Shown one piece after another: positions 19,698-29,624 of a stretch of 64,000 nt of DNA. The position numbers and the translations under genes were made by a program. Source of the DNA: Pseudomonadota bacterium (GTDB lineage: Bacteria; Myxococcota; JACRCW01; JAFGSX01); assembly GCA_043821645.1 (NCBI GenBank), contig JBDRCO010000068.1, forward strand, positions 256,001 through 320,000. Direction: 5' to 3'. Under the pieces are notes generated by a model. The model saw only the letters and a program-made list of their open reading frames with translations. It did no database searches and was not told where the DNA came from. Numbering within the stretch: position 1 is the stretch's first letter; each line of letters opens with the position of its first letter.

Positions 19698-19753
19698 CGT
19701 GGGGTCCCTTTCTGCAGCTCACCTCGCCCCTCGCGGTGCGCGGTGCTGGCGGT

Positions 19754-20620
19754 TCATCGGTCCAGGTACTTGCCGAACAGGGGTCGCAGTGCCTCCCGAC
19801 GTTCGGTCGGAATGCGATCCCGCGACGTCATGATGGCATGGCGCGCCGCGTCCGGACAGGCACAGCTCCGGCTCGCCGGAATCCGGGGTACGGCCTCGCG
19901 TACGATCTGCTGCGACATGGCGACGTTGCGGGCCAGGATCTCGACGATGGCCTCGACCGACACATCCTCCTCGCTCTCGTGCCAGCAGTCGTAGTCCGTT
20001 GCCAGGGCGATGGTGACGTAGCAGAGCTCTGCCTCGCGGGCGAGCTTGGCCTCGGTGAGGTTGGTCATGCCGATCACGTGGACGCCGAAGCTGCGGTACA
20101 TGCGGCTCTCGGCCCGGGTCGAGAAGGCGGGCCCCTCCATGCACACGTAGGTGCCCTCGCGGTGCACGGTGGCCCCGGCCTGCTGCGCGGCGTCGATGAC
20201 GACCTGGCGCAGCGAGGGACACACCGGATCCGCGAACTGCACATGGCCCACGATGCCGTCGCCAAAGAAGGTCGAGGGGCGGCCACGCGTGCGATCCAGG
20301 AACTGATCGATGACCACAATGTGGCCAGGCTCGATCTCCGCACGCATGGAGCCCACCGCGGACAGGCTGAGGATCTGCTGCACGCCGAGCTTCTTGAGCG
20401 CGAAGATGTTGGCGCGGTAGGGCACCTCGCTGGGAAGGTAGCGATGCCCGATGCCGTGCCGGGGCAAAAAGCAGACCGTGCGGTCACCCAGCGTCCCGCG
20501 AATGATCACGTCCGAGGGAGCACCGAAGGGCGTGGCCACCTCGAGGCGCTCCACGTCGAGCAGGTCGTCCATCTGGTACAGGCCCGTGCCTCCGATGACG
20601 CCGATCACGGGAGCAGTCAT
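19754..20620 (-). CDS. mtnP: S-methyl-5'-thioadenosine phosphorylase
   Basis: IGVIGGTG, LPRHG, EGPAFSTRAES, GMTNLTEAKLARE, TDYDCW. Confidence 0.93.
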   Translation of the reverse strand: MTAPVIGVIGGTGLYQMDDLLDVERLEVATPFGAPSDVIIRGTLGDRTVCFLPRHGIGHRYLPSEVPYRANIFALKKLGVQQILSLSAVGSMRAEIEPGHIVVIDQFLDRTRGRPSTFFGDGIVGHVQFADPVCPSLRQVVIDAAQQAGATVHREGTYVCMEGPAFSTRAESRMYRSFGVHVIGMTNLTEAKLAREAELCYVTIALATDYDCWHESEEDVSVEAIVEILARNVAMSQQIVREAVPRIPASRSCACPDAARHAIMTSRDRIPTERREALRPLFGKYLDR

Positions 20621-20734
20621 TTCCGAATCTCCTTCTCGGCCCGCGCAGGAACACGGGGGCCCTGCTGCGGGATGCCGACCTCGCGCTTGGGTGGCTCCGG
20701 TCGAGGCGATGCAAGCACTGGCGAGTCCGGCTCC

Positions 20735-21343
20735 TCAGTAGTCAAAGGGAGCCACGCTGTCGTCACCGGGTGGTGGAGTGGTATCCGGCTGGTCTTCCGG
20801 CGTCACCGTGTTGCCGTCAGGCGTGGTGCCGACGTTGCCGGTCTTGCCTTCCGCCCCGGCCACCTTGACGGTCACCGTCGGCGTCGCCGTGACGGTCCGC
20901 TTCTCCAGGTCCACGAGCACGATGTCCGGCGCCTGGTTCATCCACATCAGCAGGGCGAGGAAGGGACCACCCATGACCGCGGCACAGCAGGGGACAGCCA
21001 GGAACACGACACCCCCAGTCCCGGAGGCGATGACGGCTCCGATGCCCGCGCCGATGCAACCACCGCCCAGGCAACCGCCGATGGCCCCACCGAGGGCACC
21101 CATGGAGGTCTCTTCCTTCGAGATCTCGGCTTCGAGGGGTTCGTAGCCTTCTTTCTCGGCACGCAGCTTGACGCTCCCGCCCATGCTATTGGGAACACTC
21201 GCGGCACCCTGGTTTGTCCCGATCTTCTGGTCGTCGACGAAGATCGTGGTGCCCGGCGGCTGGGCTGTGACGGTCATGGTGTGCGAGCACCCCAGGCTGG
21301 CGAGGACGAACAAGCCAAGAAGTCCTGCAAGCGGATGACGCAT
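20735..21343 (-). CDS. PEGA-like lipoprotein with Gly/Cys-rich hydrophobic segment
   Basis: Lipobox SLGC; QPPGTTIFVDDQKIG...EKEGY PEGA-like; glycine-zipper-like helix pair. Confidence 0.75.
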   Translation of the reverse strand: MRHPLAGLLGLFVLASLGCSHTMTVTAQPPGTTIFVDDQKIGTNQGAASVPNSMGGSVKLRAEKEGYEPLEAEISKEETSMGALGGAIGGCLGGGCIGAGIGAVIASGTGGVVFLAVPCCAAVMGGPFLALLMWMNQAPDIVLVDLEKRTVTATPTVTVKVAGAEGKTGNVGTTPDGNTVTPEDQPDTTPPPGDDSVAPFDY

Positions 21344-21375
21344 GTCCTTGCTCCTCGAAGTCCGTGTGGCGACGG

Positions 21376-22185
21376 CTAGTAGGGAACCCATTCGCTGTCG
21401 TCACTGCTGCTGTTGTCAGCGGGTTTCTTGGGGTCAGGTTTCTTGGGCACAGCGGGTGCTGCGGGCTGCTCGGGAGCTTGCGGTGGCTCCGCCGGTCCCC
21501 ACTCCCCCGCCGGAGCTTGCGCGGGAGGCGCGGGTGTCGAGGGGGGCTCTGTCTCCGGAGTCCCGGGGGTCGTCGGGGCGGGCGGTGCTGGCTCTGGCAG
21601 GGCCTTGTCTCGCGAGGTGTAGGCCCGGCCCCAGGCGTTCACCGCGGCCGTGGGCGCGATCCAGAGTTGCAACGGCCAGCCCAGCAGGCTGATCAGACAA
21701 CCCGGGGTCATGAAGCAGGGCACGCAGAGGATTCCAGGACCCCCGCTCGCCGTGGCGACAATGGCGCCGACCACAAGGCCGACGCCAATGCCTGCAAAAC
21801 CACACACCTGGCAGGCCCCGCCGGTCAGCGTGGGCACCAACCAGGGAAGCACAACGTCGCCACCCACCTCGGGTCGCCCCTCCTTGTCGATGGCCACCAG
21901 GGGACCCCAGAGGCCGCCAAAGGGCAGCAGATTCAGCAGGTAGATCATCACCTTGGCGTCGGCGACGGGCTCGGGGAGATCACTCGCAGGGAAGAAGGGG
22001 AAGAAGGTTCCGAAGAAACCCGGGCTCTGGACCGTCTCCACGCCTTGCTCGAGGTCGGCATCAAAGGTGTCGTCCGCGGCCCGGCCTGGCACCGCGAGTG
22101 TGCTGACCGCCAGCACGAGCGCAGCTGCCGTGGTTCGCCAAGCCTGGCACTGCAGACCGGCTCGGTGGGTGGAGAGGCGAAGCAT
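21376..22185 (-). CDS. unknown-family membrane protein, paralog A
   Basis: Signal peptide; LNLLPFGGLWGPL and APTAAVNAWGRAY shared with the two neighbours. Confidence 0.8.
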   Translation of the reverse strand: MLRLSTHRAGLQCQAWRTTAAALVLAVSTLAVPGRAADDTFDADLEQGVETVQSPGFFGTFFPFFPASDLPEPVADAKVMIYLLNLLPFGGLWGPLVAIDKEGRPEVGGDVVLPWLVPTLTGGACQVCGFAGIGVGLVVGAIVATASGGPGILCVPCFMTPGCLISLLGWPLQLWIAPTAAVNAWGRAYTSRDKALPEPAPPAPTTPGTPETEPPSTPAPPAQAPAGEWGPAEPPQAPEQPAAPAVPKKPDPKKPADNSSSDDSEWVPY

Positions 22186-22361
22186 GCGCGTCCTCGTCTG
22201 AGAAAGGTGCTGCCAGCAACACTCCAGCAGTCACGACGTCGGCGCGCTCAACTGGAGCACGCAACGATGCGAAGGGCAGTGTAGCCGCCATTGGCTGTCA
22301 CAGGCAACGAGCAGCTTGCGTTGATTTTGGTGTGACGCCGCTATGCGCAGGAAACAAGGGG

Positions 22362-22934
22362 CTAGTAGCCGTAAGCCTCGTCGCCACCGCCCTCGCTCTT
22401 CTGGGGCGGCGGGCTGGACTCGCTCTTCTTCTTGCTCTTGCTCTTGCTCTTGGGCCTAGCACCCTCGCTGGATTGGCCGCCGCACTTGTAGGCACGATCC
22501 CAGGCATTGAGGGCAGCCGTGGGAGCCGTGTAGCAGGCCACGAAGAAGCCAGGGATGAACCCGATGAGAGTCCATGACCCGATGAACACACTGATGCCCC
22601 AGCCCACCAGCGCCGGCACGAGGTAGGACACCAGCACGTCGCCGTCCTTCATGTCCGGCCTGTCCTTGGGGAGCAGCAGCAGGGGGCCCCACAATCCGCC
22701 GAGTGGCAGGATGTTGAGGACATAGGTCATGACCACGATGTCATCGACCTCGGCATGCAGATCGTCGTTGAGCACCCAGGGGAACATCTTCTCGAAGTTG
22801 CCGGGATCGCAAAAATCGTCCCCATCGTCCTCGACGAACTGGAAGCGTGGGTTCGCTGGTGCCCGGGTGGCCGCCGAGGCGGTTGTGGACAGCGCAAGCC
22901 CCAGCACCAGGACCATGGACACGGCACATCTCAT
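22362..22934 (-). CDS. unknown-family membrane protein, paralog B
   Basis: GGAGGA SD; signal peptide; LNILPLGGLWGPL and APTAALNAWDRAYKC. Confidence 0.85.
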   Translation of the reverse strand: MRCAVSMVLVLGLALSTTASAATRAPANPRFQFVEDDGDDFCDPGNFEKMFPWVLNDDLHAEVDDIVVMTYVLNILPLGGLWGPLLLLPKDRPDMKDGDVLVSYLVPALVGWGISVFIGSWTLIGFIPGFFVACYTAPTAALNAWDRAYKCGGQSSEGARPKSKSKSKKKSESSPPPQKSEGGGDEAYGY

Positions 22935-23074
22935 GACATCCTCCGAGCGATGCGTGAATTGCCGTCGTTATAGTGGAGGTCGGTGACCGGAGCAAGGGGG
23001 TGCTGTGTGCTGTTCCGCGAGCCGCCACACATCGTCCCCGGCCCCCATCCTGCCGCGGCACCATCGATGCAGGC

Positions 23075-23740
23075 TCAGTAAGCCGAGCCACTGTCTTCGT
23101 CGTCACTCGGCGGTGGGGCCTTCTTCTTGCCATCTGCTTTGTGCTTGCTCTTGGCTTTGGGAGTCTTCCCCTTCTTCGACTTCTTGGACTTGAGCTTGTC
23201 CAGCCCCGTGCTCACATCATCGCACTTGTAGGCGCGGTCCCAGGCGTGCAGCACGGCGATGGGCGCCATGTAGCAGGCGGGCAACAGACCCACCAGGCCC
23301 AGACAGCCCACGATGCCGCACAGACCACCGGTGGGGATGGCCAGCACCGTCCCCACCATGCTGAAGCCGACCGCGATGCCCCAGCCCGCGAACCAGGGGA
23401 TCAGCGCCGACAGCAGGATGTCGGAATTGATCTCGGGTTGGTCATCGGGGAGTGTGACCAGCGGGCCCCACAGACCGCCAAAGGGCAGGATGTTGAGCAC
23501 GAAGGTCATGACCTTGATGTCTTCGACCGCCTCGTGGAGCCCGTCGTTGAGGGAGAGTGGAAAATACTGTTCCATCACGTCGGGATGGCAGAAATCCGCC
23601 TCGCTGGTCTCCTCCTCGGCTTCTGCTTCTGGCTTGTCCGCAACCACCTGCCCACCCGTGCCTGGGTCGGCGGTGGCAGCGTGCGATGCCGTGCCCAGGA
23701 GCACACCGGTGACCAGAACGCTCAGCGCGACCGTCCTCAT
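23075..23740 (-). CDS. unknown-family membrane protein, paralog C
   Basis: GGAGGA SD before ATG 23740; signal peptide; LNILPFGGLWGPL and APIAVLHAWDRAYKC. Confidence 0.85.
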   Translation of the reverse strand: MRTVALSVLVTGVLLGTASHAATADPGTGGQVVADKPEAEAEEETSEADFCHPDVMEQYFPLSLNDGLHEAVEDIKVMTFVLNILPFGGLWGPLVTLPDDQPEINSDILLSALIPWFAGWGIAVGFSMVGTVLAIPTGGLCGIVGCLGLVGLLPACYMAPIAVLHAWDRAYKCDDVSTGLDKLKSKKSKKGKTPKAKSKHKADGKKKAPPPSDDEDSGSAY

Positions 23741-23836
23741 ATGTCCTCCAGGGAGTCTCATTCTCCAGGATGGAGTTCATCTAGCGCTGATGTGCACCGC
23801 GGCAACACTTCTCAACGCAGGTCTGTGAAGACGCGG

Positions 23837-24967
23837 TCAGTCCCGTCGCGCCACCAGCATGCCGCAGGCCGCGTCGATGTCCTGGCCGCGAGGCTGGCGC
23901 AGGTAGGCGCCCACACCCCGCTCCTTGAGGATCTGCTGAAACGCCAGCACCCGGGCATCCGAGGGGCGCGTGAAGGGCGCATGGGGATGAGGGTTGTAGG
24001 GGATGAGGTTGACCTTGCAGCGCAGCGGGGCCACGGCCCGGGCCAGGGCCAGGGCGTCCGCGTCGCTGTCATTGACGCCGGCCAGCAGCACCACCTCGAA
24101 GGTGATGCGGCGCCGGTTCTTGACCGGCAGGGCCGCACAGGCCTCGAGCAGGGCCTTCACATCATGCTTTCGATTCACGGGCATGATCTCGCTGCGCACG
24201 GCATCGCGCGCCGCCACCAGGCTGACCGCGATCTGCACATCGACGTCGCTGAGCAGGCGCTGAAGAGGCCTGACCAGGCCGACGGTGGACACCGTGACCC
24301 GCCGCGGCGAGTAACCGTGAGCATCCGGATCCGTGAGCAGGCGCAGAGCACGGATGGTGTTCTCGTAGTTGTGCAGGGGCTCACCCATGCCCATTAGCAC
24401 GATGGATCCAATCCGTGGCTTCTCCGGGGCAGCGTCGCCGGACCTCGGGTTAGCCGGATCCGCGTCCGGATCCGCCGCTTCTGCTCCCGGCTGCTCGGAC
24501 AGCCAGCGTCGGGCGCTCCGCACCTGCTCGACGATCTCGGCGGCGCTCAGCTGACGCTTCAGGCCGAGCGAGGCGGTGGCGCAGAAGGCGCAGCCCATGG
24601 CACAGCCAACCTGGGTGGAGATGCACAGGGCGTGGCGTCCCTCCTTGGCGGCATCCGGGATGAACACGCTTTCGATCTGCTCCCCGTCGTGCAACCGCCA
24701 GCGCAGCTTGGTGGTGCCATCCCGCGAGGCCTGCACCTCCTCCAGCACGAGGCTGCGCAAGCTCGTGCGTGTGGCCAGCCCCTGGCGCATGCTGGCGGGC
24801 AGGTTGGTCATCTGCGCCAGGCTGGCGATGTCCTGGCGGTGCAGCCAGCGCAGGACTTGCCCGACGCGGTAGGGTTGCTCGCCCAGCTCGCTGATCAGCG
24901 TGGTGAGCGCGGCTCTGTCCAAGCTGCGCAGATCCGGAAGTTCGGCTGCGGCGGCGTCATGACCCAT
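23837..24967 (-). CDS. rlmN: 23S rRNA A2503/tRNA A37 C2-methyltransferase (radical SAM)
   Basis: CISTQVGCAMGCAFC, MGMGEPL, VNLIPYNP, DIDAACGML. Confidence 0.95.
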   Translation of the reverse strand: MGHDAAAAELPDLRSLDRAALTTLISELGEQPYRVGQVLRWLHRQDIASLAQMTNLPASMRQGLATRTSLRSLVLEEVQASRDGTTKLRWRLHDGEQIESVFIPDAAKEGRHALCISTQVGCAMGCAFCATASLGLKRQLSAAEIVEQVRSARRWLSEQPGAEAADPDADPANPRSGDAAPEKPRIGSIVLMGMGEPLHNYENTIRALRLLTDPDAHGYSPRRVTVSTVGLVRPLQRLLSDVDVQIAVSLVAARDAVRSEIMPVNRKHDVKALLEACAALPVKNRRRITFEVVLLAGVNDSDADALALARAVAPLRCKVNLIPYNPHPHAPFTRPSDARVLAFQQILKERGVGAYLRQPRGQDIDAACGMLVARRD

Positions 24968-24998
24968 CGCAGCAACATCGTCGTCGCAGCGCCAGGCG

Positions 24999-26462
24999 TC
25001 AAGGCTGGCACTGGACCCAGGCTTCTATCGCGGGCTGCGCCGAGCGCACCAGGAGCACGCCCTCGAATCCCGAGCCCAGGCTGTTCTGCTGTGCCAGGAA
25101 GCCGATGTGCTCCACGCTTCGGTCCCAGAACGGATACGCTCCGTACGCGCCTGCGCTGGATACACGGGAAGCGACCTCGCAGTTGTAGGTCGAACTCGCA
25201 CACTCGTGCCAGAGGCCGAAGCCATAGTGCCAGTCCTCGCCCAGGGCCCTGAAGGCGGGCGAAGATTCGATGACCGCCGCGGCGGTCTGATCCGCGAGCT
25301 GCTGGACCATCATGGGCTCACCGAGCAGTTCTCCAGCTCGAAGCGCGCGCAGAAAGGCCAGGTACTCCTCTCCTGTCCAGTGCATTCCCCCGGCCAGGCG
25401 CGGGTTGCTCGCCGACGGCAGGTCGTAGCTTCCGCTCGGGAACATCCCGGTCTCGTTCTGAAAGGCCGTGAAGATGTCCTGCCACGAGCTGACGTTCTTG
25501 GCCCGGATCGCCATCAGCCCTGCGACCTGCATGTGCGAGCCCGAATAGTGAAAGGCCTGGCCCGGAACACGACCGGTGCCGGCGTTGTTCTCGCCGACGC
25601 GACGCGCGCAATTCGCGAAGTCGGCGTTGGGCAGGTTGATGCACGCAGGCTCGTCGTACAGCCCCGAGGTGAAGCTCAGCAACTGTGCCAGGGTCACGTG
25701 AAACAGAGTATCCGTGGCTGCGATGGGCCACAGGGTAATGTGATCTTGAGGCCTGTCGGCCAGGCTCAGGGTGCCCTGCTCCACCAGACGCAGCAGGATG
25801 ACCGCGGTTACCATCTTGGAGGTCGAGGCCGACTCGTAGACGGTCTGTGGCGTCGAGGCCCCACGGTTGAAGGTGTAGCGCTGCCCGTCAGGACGCTCCA
25901 GCAGCAGTGAGAAATCCACGTCGTTGCTGGTCTGCTCGAGGTGTGCTGTCAGCGCCTGCTCGAGGGCGGTCAGCGAGCAGACCTGCGCCGCGTCCTCCAC
26001 CCCCGCATCGGCGACGCCGAGATCGCCCGGGTTCGAATCCCAGATCGCACCATCACCCGGGTTCGAATCACCCACCGAGCTATCCGCGACGCCGAGGTCT
26101 GCTGCCTGGGCGTCGACCACCATCGAGTCTGCCACCGCGGCATCCACGACAGACCGGTCCGCCAAAGACGCATCGAGCGCGAACCCATCTGGCGATTGCG
26201 CATCGCTGGCAATCAGGTCCAGCGATGCTCCATCCTGCGCTCCATGATCGGGGCTGACGATGTCGCCCGGAGTGGCGTCCACCGCGCCGCTGTCCCCAAG
26301 GTCTGCGTCCAGCTTGCCCGCGTCCGCCGTCGGCGTTGCGTCTAGCGAAGCCGCCGCGTCCGGTCCTCCGGATCCGCAATCGCAGGCGCCTGGCGCGCAG
26401 GTGAGCGCGAGCGCCACGGCACAGACTCGGATACATCCACGTGAAGAATCTGACCGCATCAT
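24999..26462 (-). CDS. serine hydrolase (beta-lactamase class C-like), secreted, with Asp/Ala-rich linker
   Basis: SxxK (STSK), FHYSG, YGFGLW and SSAGAYG; N-terminal signal with Cys. Confidence 0.85.
   Translation of the reverse strand: MMRSDSSRGCIRVCAVALALTCAPGACDCGSGGPDAAASLDATPTADAGKLDADLGDSGAVDATPGDIVSPDHGAQDGASLDLIASDAQSPDGFALDASLADRSVVDAAVADSMVVDAQAADLGVADSSVGDSNPGDGAIWDSNPGDLGVADAGVEDAAQVCSLTALEQALTAHLEQTSNDVDFSLLLERPDGQRYTFNRGASTPQTVYESASTSKMVTAVILLRLVEQGTLSLADRPQDHITLWPIAATDTLFHVTLAQLLSFTSGLYDEPACINLPNADFANCARRVGENNAGTGRVPGQAFHYSGSHMQVAGLMAIRAKNVSSWQDIFTAFQNETGMFPSGSYDLPSASNPRLAGGMHWTGEEYLAFLRALRAGELLGEPMMVQQLADQTAAAVIESSPAFRALGEDWHYGFGLWHECASSTYNCEVASRVSSAGAYGAYPFWDRSVEHIGFLAQQNSLGSGFEGVLLVRSAQPAIEAWVQCQP
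26022..26070. repeat. 30-nt-period coding duplication (DSNPGD x2) in the linker of the serine hydrolase
   Basis: atcgcccgggttcgaatc and atcacccgggttcgaatc, 30 nt apart. Confidence 0.7.
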
Positions 26463-26501
26463 GGGCCCTCTCGTCCTCGTGTCCCTGCGCTCAGGGAAAA
26501 C

Positions 26502-28679
26502 TCAGAACATCCCGCCCACACCAAAGAAGAAGTCCACGTCGCGGTCACCAGGACGACGCGTCAGGGGCATGCTCCACTCCAGTCGGATGGGCAGCGTCCC
26601 GGTCGGCAGCAGCAGCCCCACGCCCAGCGAGCTATACATGCCCAGGGGCAGCGGTACCTCGCGACTGTCCTGCCAGCGCCCCCACAGCAAGAAGTTCTCG
26701 GTCTCGTCGAAGGCATTGCCAGCGTCGAGAAACAAGAAGCCCTTGAGATCGATCTCCTTGATCAGCGGTGCCTCCAGCTCGAGGTTCACCACGACTTGGC
26801 TGGTGCCTCCGGTGGCCAGGGACAGCACACCACCCGCGGGATCGCCGGCATCGCCGAAGCGCCGCGTGGGCCCCAGGGACCTCGGCAGGTAGCCGCGCAC
26901 GCTGCCAAAGCCGCCCAGGAAGTAGCGCTCGCTCACCACCACGGGCTGGCCCGTGGGGTCGACCACCGTGGCGGCCTCGAGGTTGATCTTGAACAGCGCC
27001 GACAGCACCAGGGGCAGGTAGTAGCGCGCGGTGGCGCGCAGCTCGACGAAGTTGATCTGGCCCAGGGTCCACCACCCGCCGGTGGAAGCCGACAGCGCGT
27101 GGTACATGCCCGAGGTGGGAAACACGCCGCCGCGCCGGGTGTCATGCGCGAGGCGCAGGGTCACCCCGGTGCGCAAGGCCCCGCTAGGAAAGCGCGCGGT
27201 ATCGGCAAAGGCCTCGAGACCCGCGGCGGGTTCCACGTCGACGCGATCGACACCGAGCTGCAACGACGTGCTCAGATCCCAGGGCAAGGGCACGGTGAGC
27301 CCGAGCTCGGCACCCAGCAGATTGGACGCGAACAGCGGATAGATCAGGCGCCGCCTGTGCACGCCGGTGACCAGACTGAAGCGCGAATCGAGCACGCGCG
27401 GTTCGACCCAGCTCACATCAAACAGCTGGCGCAGCGACGAGAGCTGGCCGATGGCCGTGAAGCGCTGGCCCTGGCCCAGGAAGTTGGGACACATCAGCAA
27501 GCCGATGCCGATCAGGCCCTCGTACTGCAGGTAGGCAGGTGCGATGTTGAAGATGCAGTCCTTGATGATGCCGGGTCGCTCGGTCAGGTCCACGCTGACG
27601 TCGACGATGGAGGCGTCGGATCCGGCGCGCGGCTCGAGCTTGGCGTCCATGAACAGGCCCGTGGCCATCAGATTGTCGCGAGATTTCTTGAGCGCGGCCA
27701 GGCTGTAGGCATCCCCCTGGTGCAGCTCGAACTCGCGCTCGATGACCCGCGATGCGGTCCAGGGTTCGCCGCGTACCTGGATCGTGCCGATGCGGGCGAA
27801 GCTGTTCTTCTGCAGTTCCGCCTCGACGTGCAGCAGGCGCTCACCCGGATCCACCTGCGAGCGCTGCAGCGAGGTCGGGAAGGGGTAGCCCCTGTCACGC
27901 CAGCGATCGAGCAGGCGGTCCAGCTCCTCGGACACCTTGACCAGGTTGGCCACGTCGCCGGGCTTGAGTGCGAAATCCTGCTGCAATTCTTCGAGCGGAG
28001 CGGGCAGCTCGCCGACGAAGCGCACCGAGCCCACGCGGTAAAGCGGACCCTCGGTCACCAGCAAGGTCACGTCGATGGCCTGATGATCGGGCGTGGCGAA
28101 GGCCTTGTAGCCGGTGACCTTGGCCTCCAGGTAGCCCTGCTGGTAAAAGTTGCGCGCGACCTGCGACAGGTCCTGCTCCAGGCGGCCGGCGTGAAAGACC
28201 CCCGCTTGTTTGAAGGCACCGAAGATCTCGTCGGGCTTGGTGAACAGGTTGGTGGCAACCTCGGCGTCGGTCAGGGTCTGATTGCCGTGGACCAGTACCC
28301 GCCGCACCTTGGCCCGGGTTCCGGTCTGCACGCGATACACCACCACCGCCTGGCCCGTACTCAGGTGCCACTCGCCGCGCGCCTGGACGCTCAGGAAACC
28401 GCGATCCCGATACTGCCTGGCGATCTCCTTCGCGTCGCGCTGCAGCTGCGCTTCGTCGAGGGGCTGGCCCTCGCGCAGGCGGATCATGCGACGCAAGGTC
28501 TCGGGCTTGAAGTACTCGGCGCCCTCGAACTGCACCGAGGACACGATGGGACTGGCATCGGTGGCTTCAGCGGCCCGGGCCCTGCTCGCGACGCCTGCGA
28601 GGCCCAGCGCCAACAGCAAGCACAGCCCGCGCCCGGCGCGAGCGAGCGGGAGCCATCCGACGGCTAGCAGCGGCGTCAC
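26502..28679 (-). CDS. Omp85/BamA-family outer membrane protein (about 4 POTRA domains)
   Basis: POTRA repeats (Y...GY/F), NFLGQGQ, FLGGFGSVRGY, FLDAGNAF and terminal F. Confidence 0.9.
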   Translation of the reverse strand: MTPLLAVGWLPLARAGRGLCLLLALGLAGVASRARAAEATDASPIVSSVQFEGAEYFKPETLRRMIRLREGQPLDEAQLQRDAKEIARQYRDRGFLSVQARGEWHLSTGQAVVVYRVQTGTRAKVRRVLVHGNQTLTDAEVATNLFTKPDEIFGAFKQAGVFHAGRLEQDLSQVARNFYQQGYLEAKVTGYKAFATPDHQAIDVTLLVTEGPLYRVGSVRFVGELPAPLEELQQDFALKPGDVANLVKVSEELDRLLDRWRDRGYPFPTSLQRSQVDPGERLLHVEAELQKNSFARIGTIQVRGEPWTASRVIEREFELHQGDAYSLAALKKSRDNLMATGLFMDAKLEPRAGSDASIVDVSVDLTERPGIIKDCIFNIAPAYLQYEGLIGIGLLMCPNFLGQGQRFTAIGQLSSLRQLFDVSWVEPRVLDSRFSLVTGVHRRRLIYPLFASNLLGAELGLTVPLPWDLSTSLQLGVDRVDVEPAAGLEAFADTARFPSGALRTGVTLRLAHDTRRGGVFPTSGMYHALSASTGGWWTLGQINFVELRATARYYLPLVLSALFKINLEAATVVDPTGQPVVVSERYFLGGFGSVRGYLPRSLGPTRRFGDAGDPAGGVLSLATGGTSQVVVNLELEAPLIKEIDLKGFLFLDAGNAFDETENFLLWGRWQDSREVPLPLGMYSSLGVGLLLPTGTLPIRLEWSMPLTRRPGDRDVDFFFGVGGMF

Positions 28680-29611
28680 GAGGCGCGCTCCGTCGTGGAC
28701 AGACCGCCGACGCGCTCACCCATTCGGAGTGGCGTGCCCGGGCTGGCGACATCGAAGGTCCCGACACCCGGCCCGAGGACCAGCACCACCGTCGACCCGA
28801 ACTCAAAGCGCGCCAGTTCCTGGCCCCGGCGAAAGGGCACCCCGTCGTAGCTCCGCTCGTCGCGTCGACGCGCGCGGGCATTGGTGTGCAAGTCGTCAAA
28901 CACCAGCACCGTGCGACCGACCATGGTCGCCCCCACAGCGACCAGCGCCACCGGGCCCGCAGGTGCATCGAAGAACAGCACCAGCCGCTCGTTGCGCGCG
29001 AACAGGTCGGCGACATGGTGCACGGCGCGCTGGTTCACCGGCCACAGCGATCCTGGCAGGTACAGGGCTGTGCGCACCTCGCCGTCGACGGGGCTGTGGA
29101 TGCGGTGGTAGTCGCGCGGGCTCAGATAGAAGGTGGCGAAGGAGCCCCCGACGAAGGCCTCGGCGCGGGTGCCACCGCCGAGAAGTGCGCGCAGGCTGTA
29201 GTCGCGGCCCTTGACCTGGATGGCGCGGTCACCGTCGGCCAGGCCGGCCTCGCCCCAGGCTCCGTCCACGGGTGACACCAGGCTGCCGACGCTCTCGTCG
29301 ACGGGCCTGGCGCCCTCCCGCAGCCGCCGCGTGAACAGGGCCTGGATCGACGGATAGCTGCCAACGCCGAACTCGGCTTCGCTGGCGTCGACGCCAAAGC
29401 TCCGCACGTAGCCGCGGTTGAGCCGCTGCTGCAGGGCGGGAGGGAACCGGTAGCGCGCAAAGGCACCGGCCAGGTGTGACAGCAGGTGCCTGGGCAGGGT
29501 GGCGATGAGCCACAGCGGCCATCGCGCCGGGATCGCTGCATCATCCGCCGCGCCGACGGGAACCAGCGCGTGGGAGGACCTGGGTGCCTCGCGTGGCTGG
29601 GGCTCGCTCAT
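28676..29611 (-). CDS. psd: phosphatidylserine decarboxylase proenzyme
   Basis: FTRRL, SPVDG, YLSPRDYHRIHSP, RNER and FGST cleavage motif; stop overlaps the bamA-like GTG. Confidence 0.92.
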   Translation of the reverse strand: MSEPQPREAPRSSHALVPVGAADDAAIPARWPLWLIATLPRHLLSHLAGAFARYRFPPALQQRLNRGYVRSFGVDASEAEFGVGSYPSIQALFTRRLREGARPVDESVGSLVSPVDGAWGEAGLADGDRAIQVKGRDYSLRALLGGGTRAEAFVGGSFATFYLSPRDYHRIHSPVDGEVRTALYLPGSLWPVNQRAVHHVADLFARNERLVLFFDAPAGPVALVAVGATMVGRTVLVFDDLHTNARARRRDERSYDGVPFRRGQELARFEFGSTVVLVLGPGVGTFDVASPGTPLRMGERVGGLSTTERAS

Positions 29612-29624
29612 GGGCTGGGCGGCC

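Noticed and set aside
26025-26055. GGGTTCGAATCCC...ACCA resembling a tRNA T-arm and 3' end
   Set aside because: T-stem is mismatched, spacing to CCA is wrong and no cloverleaf forms upstream. It is the antisense of a DSNPG coding repeat.
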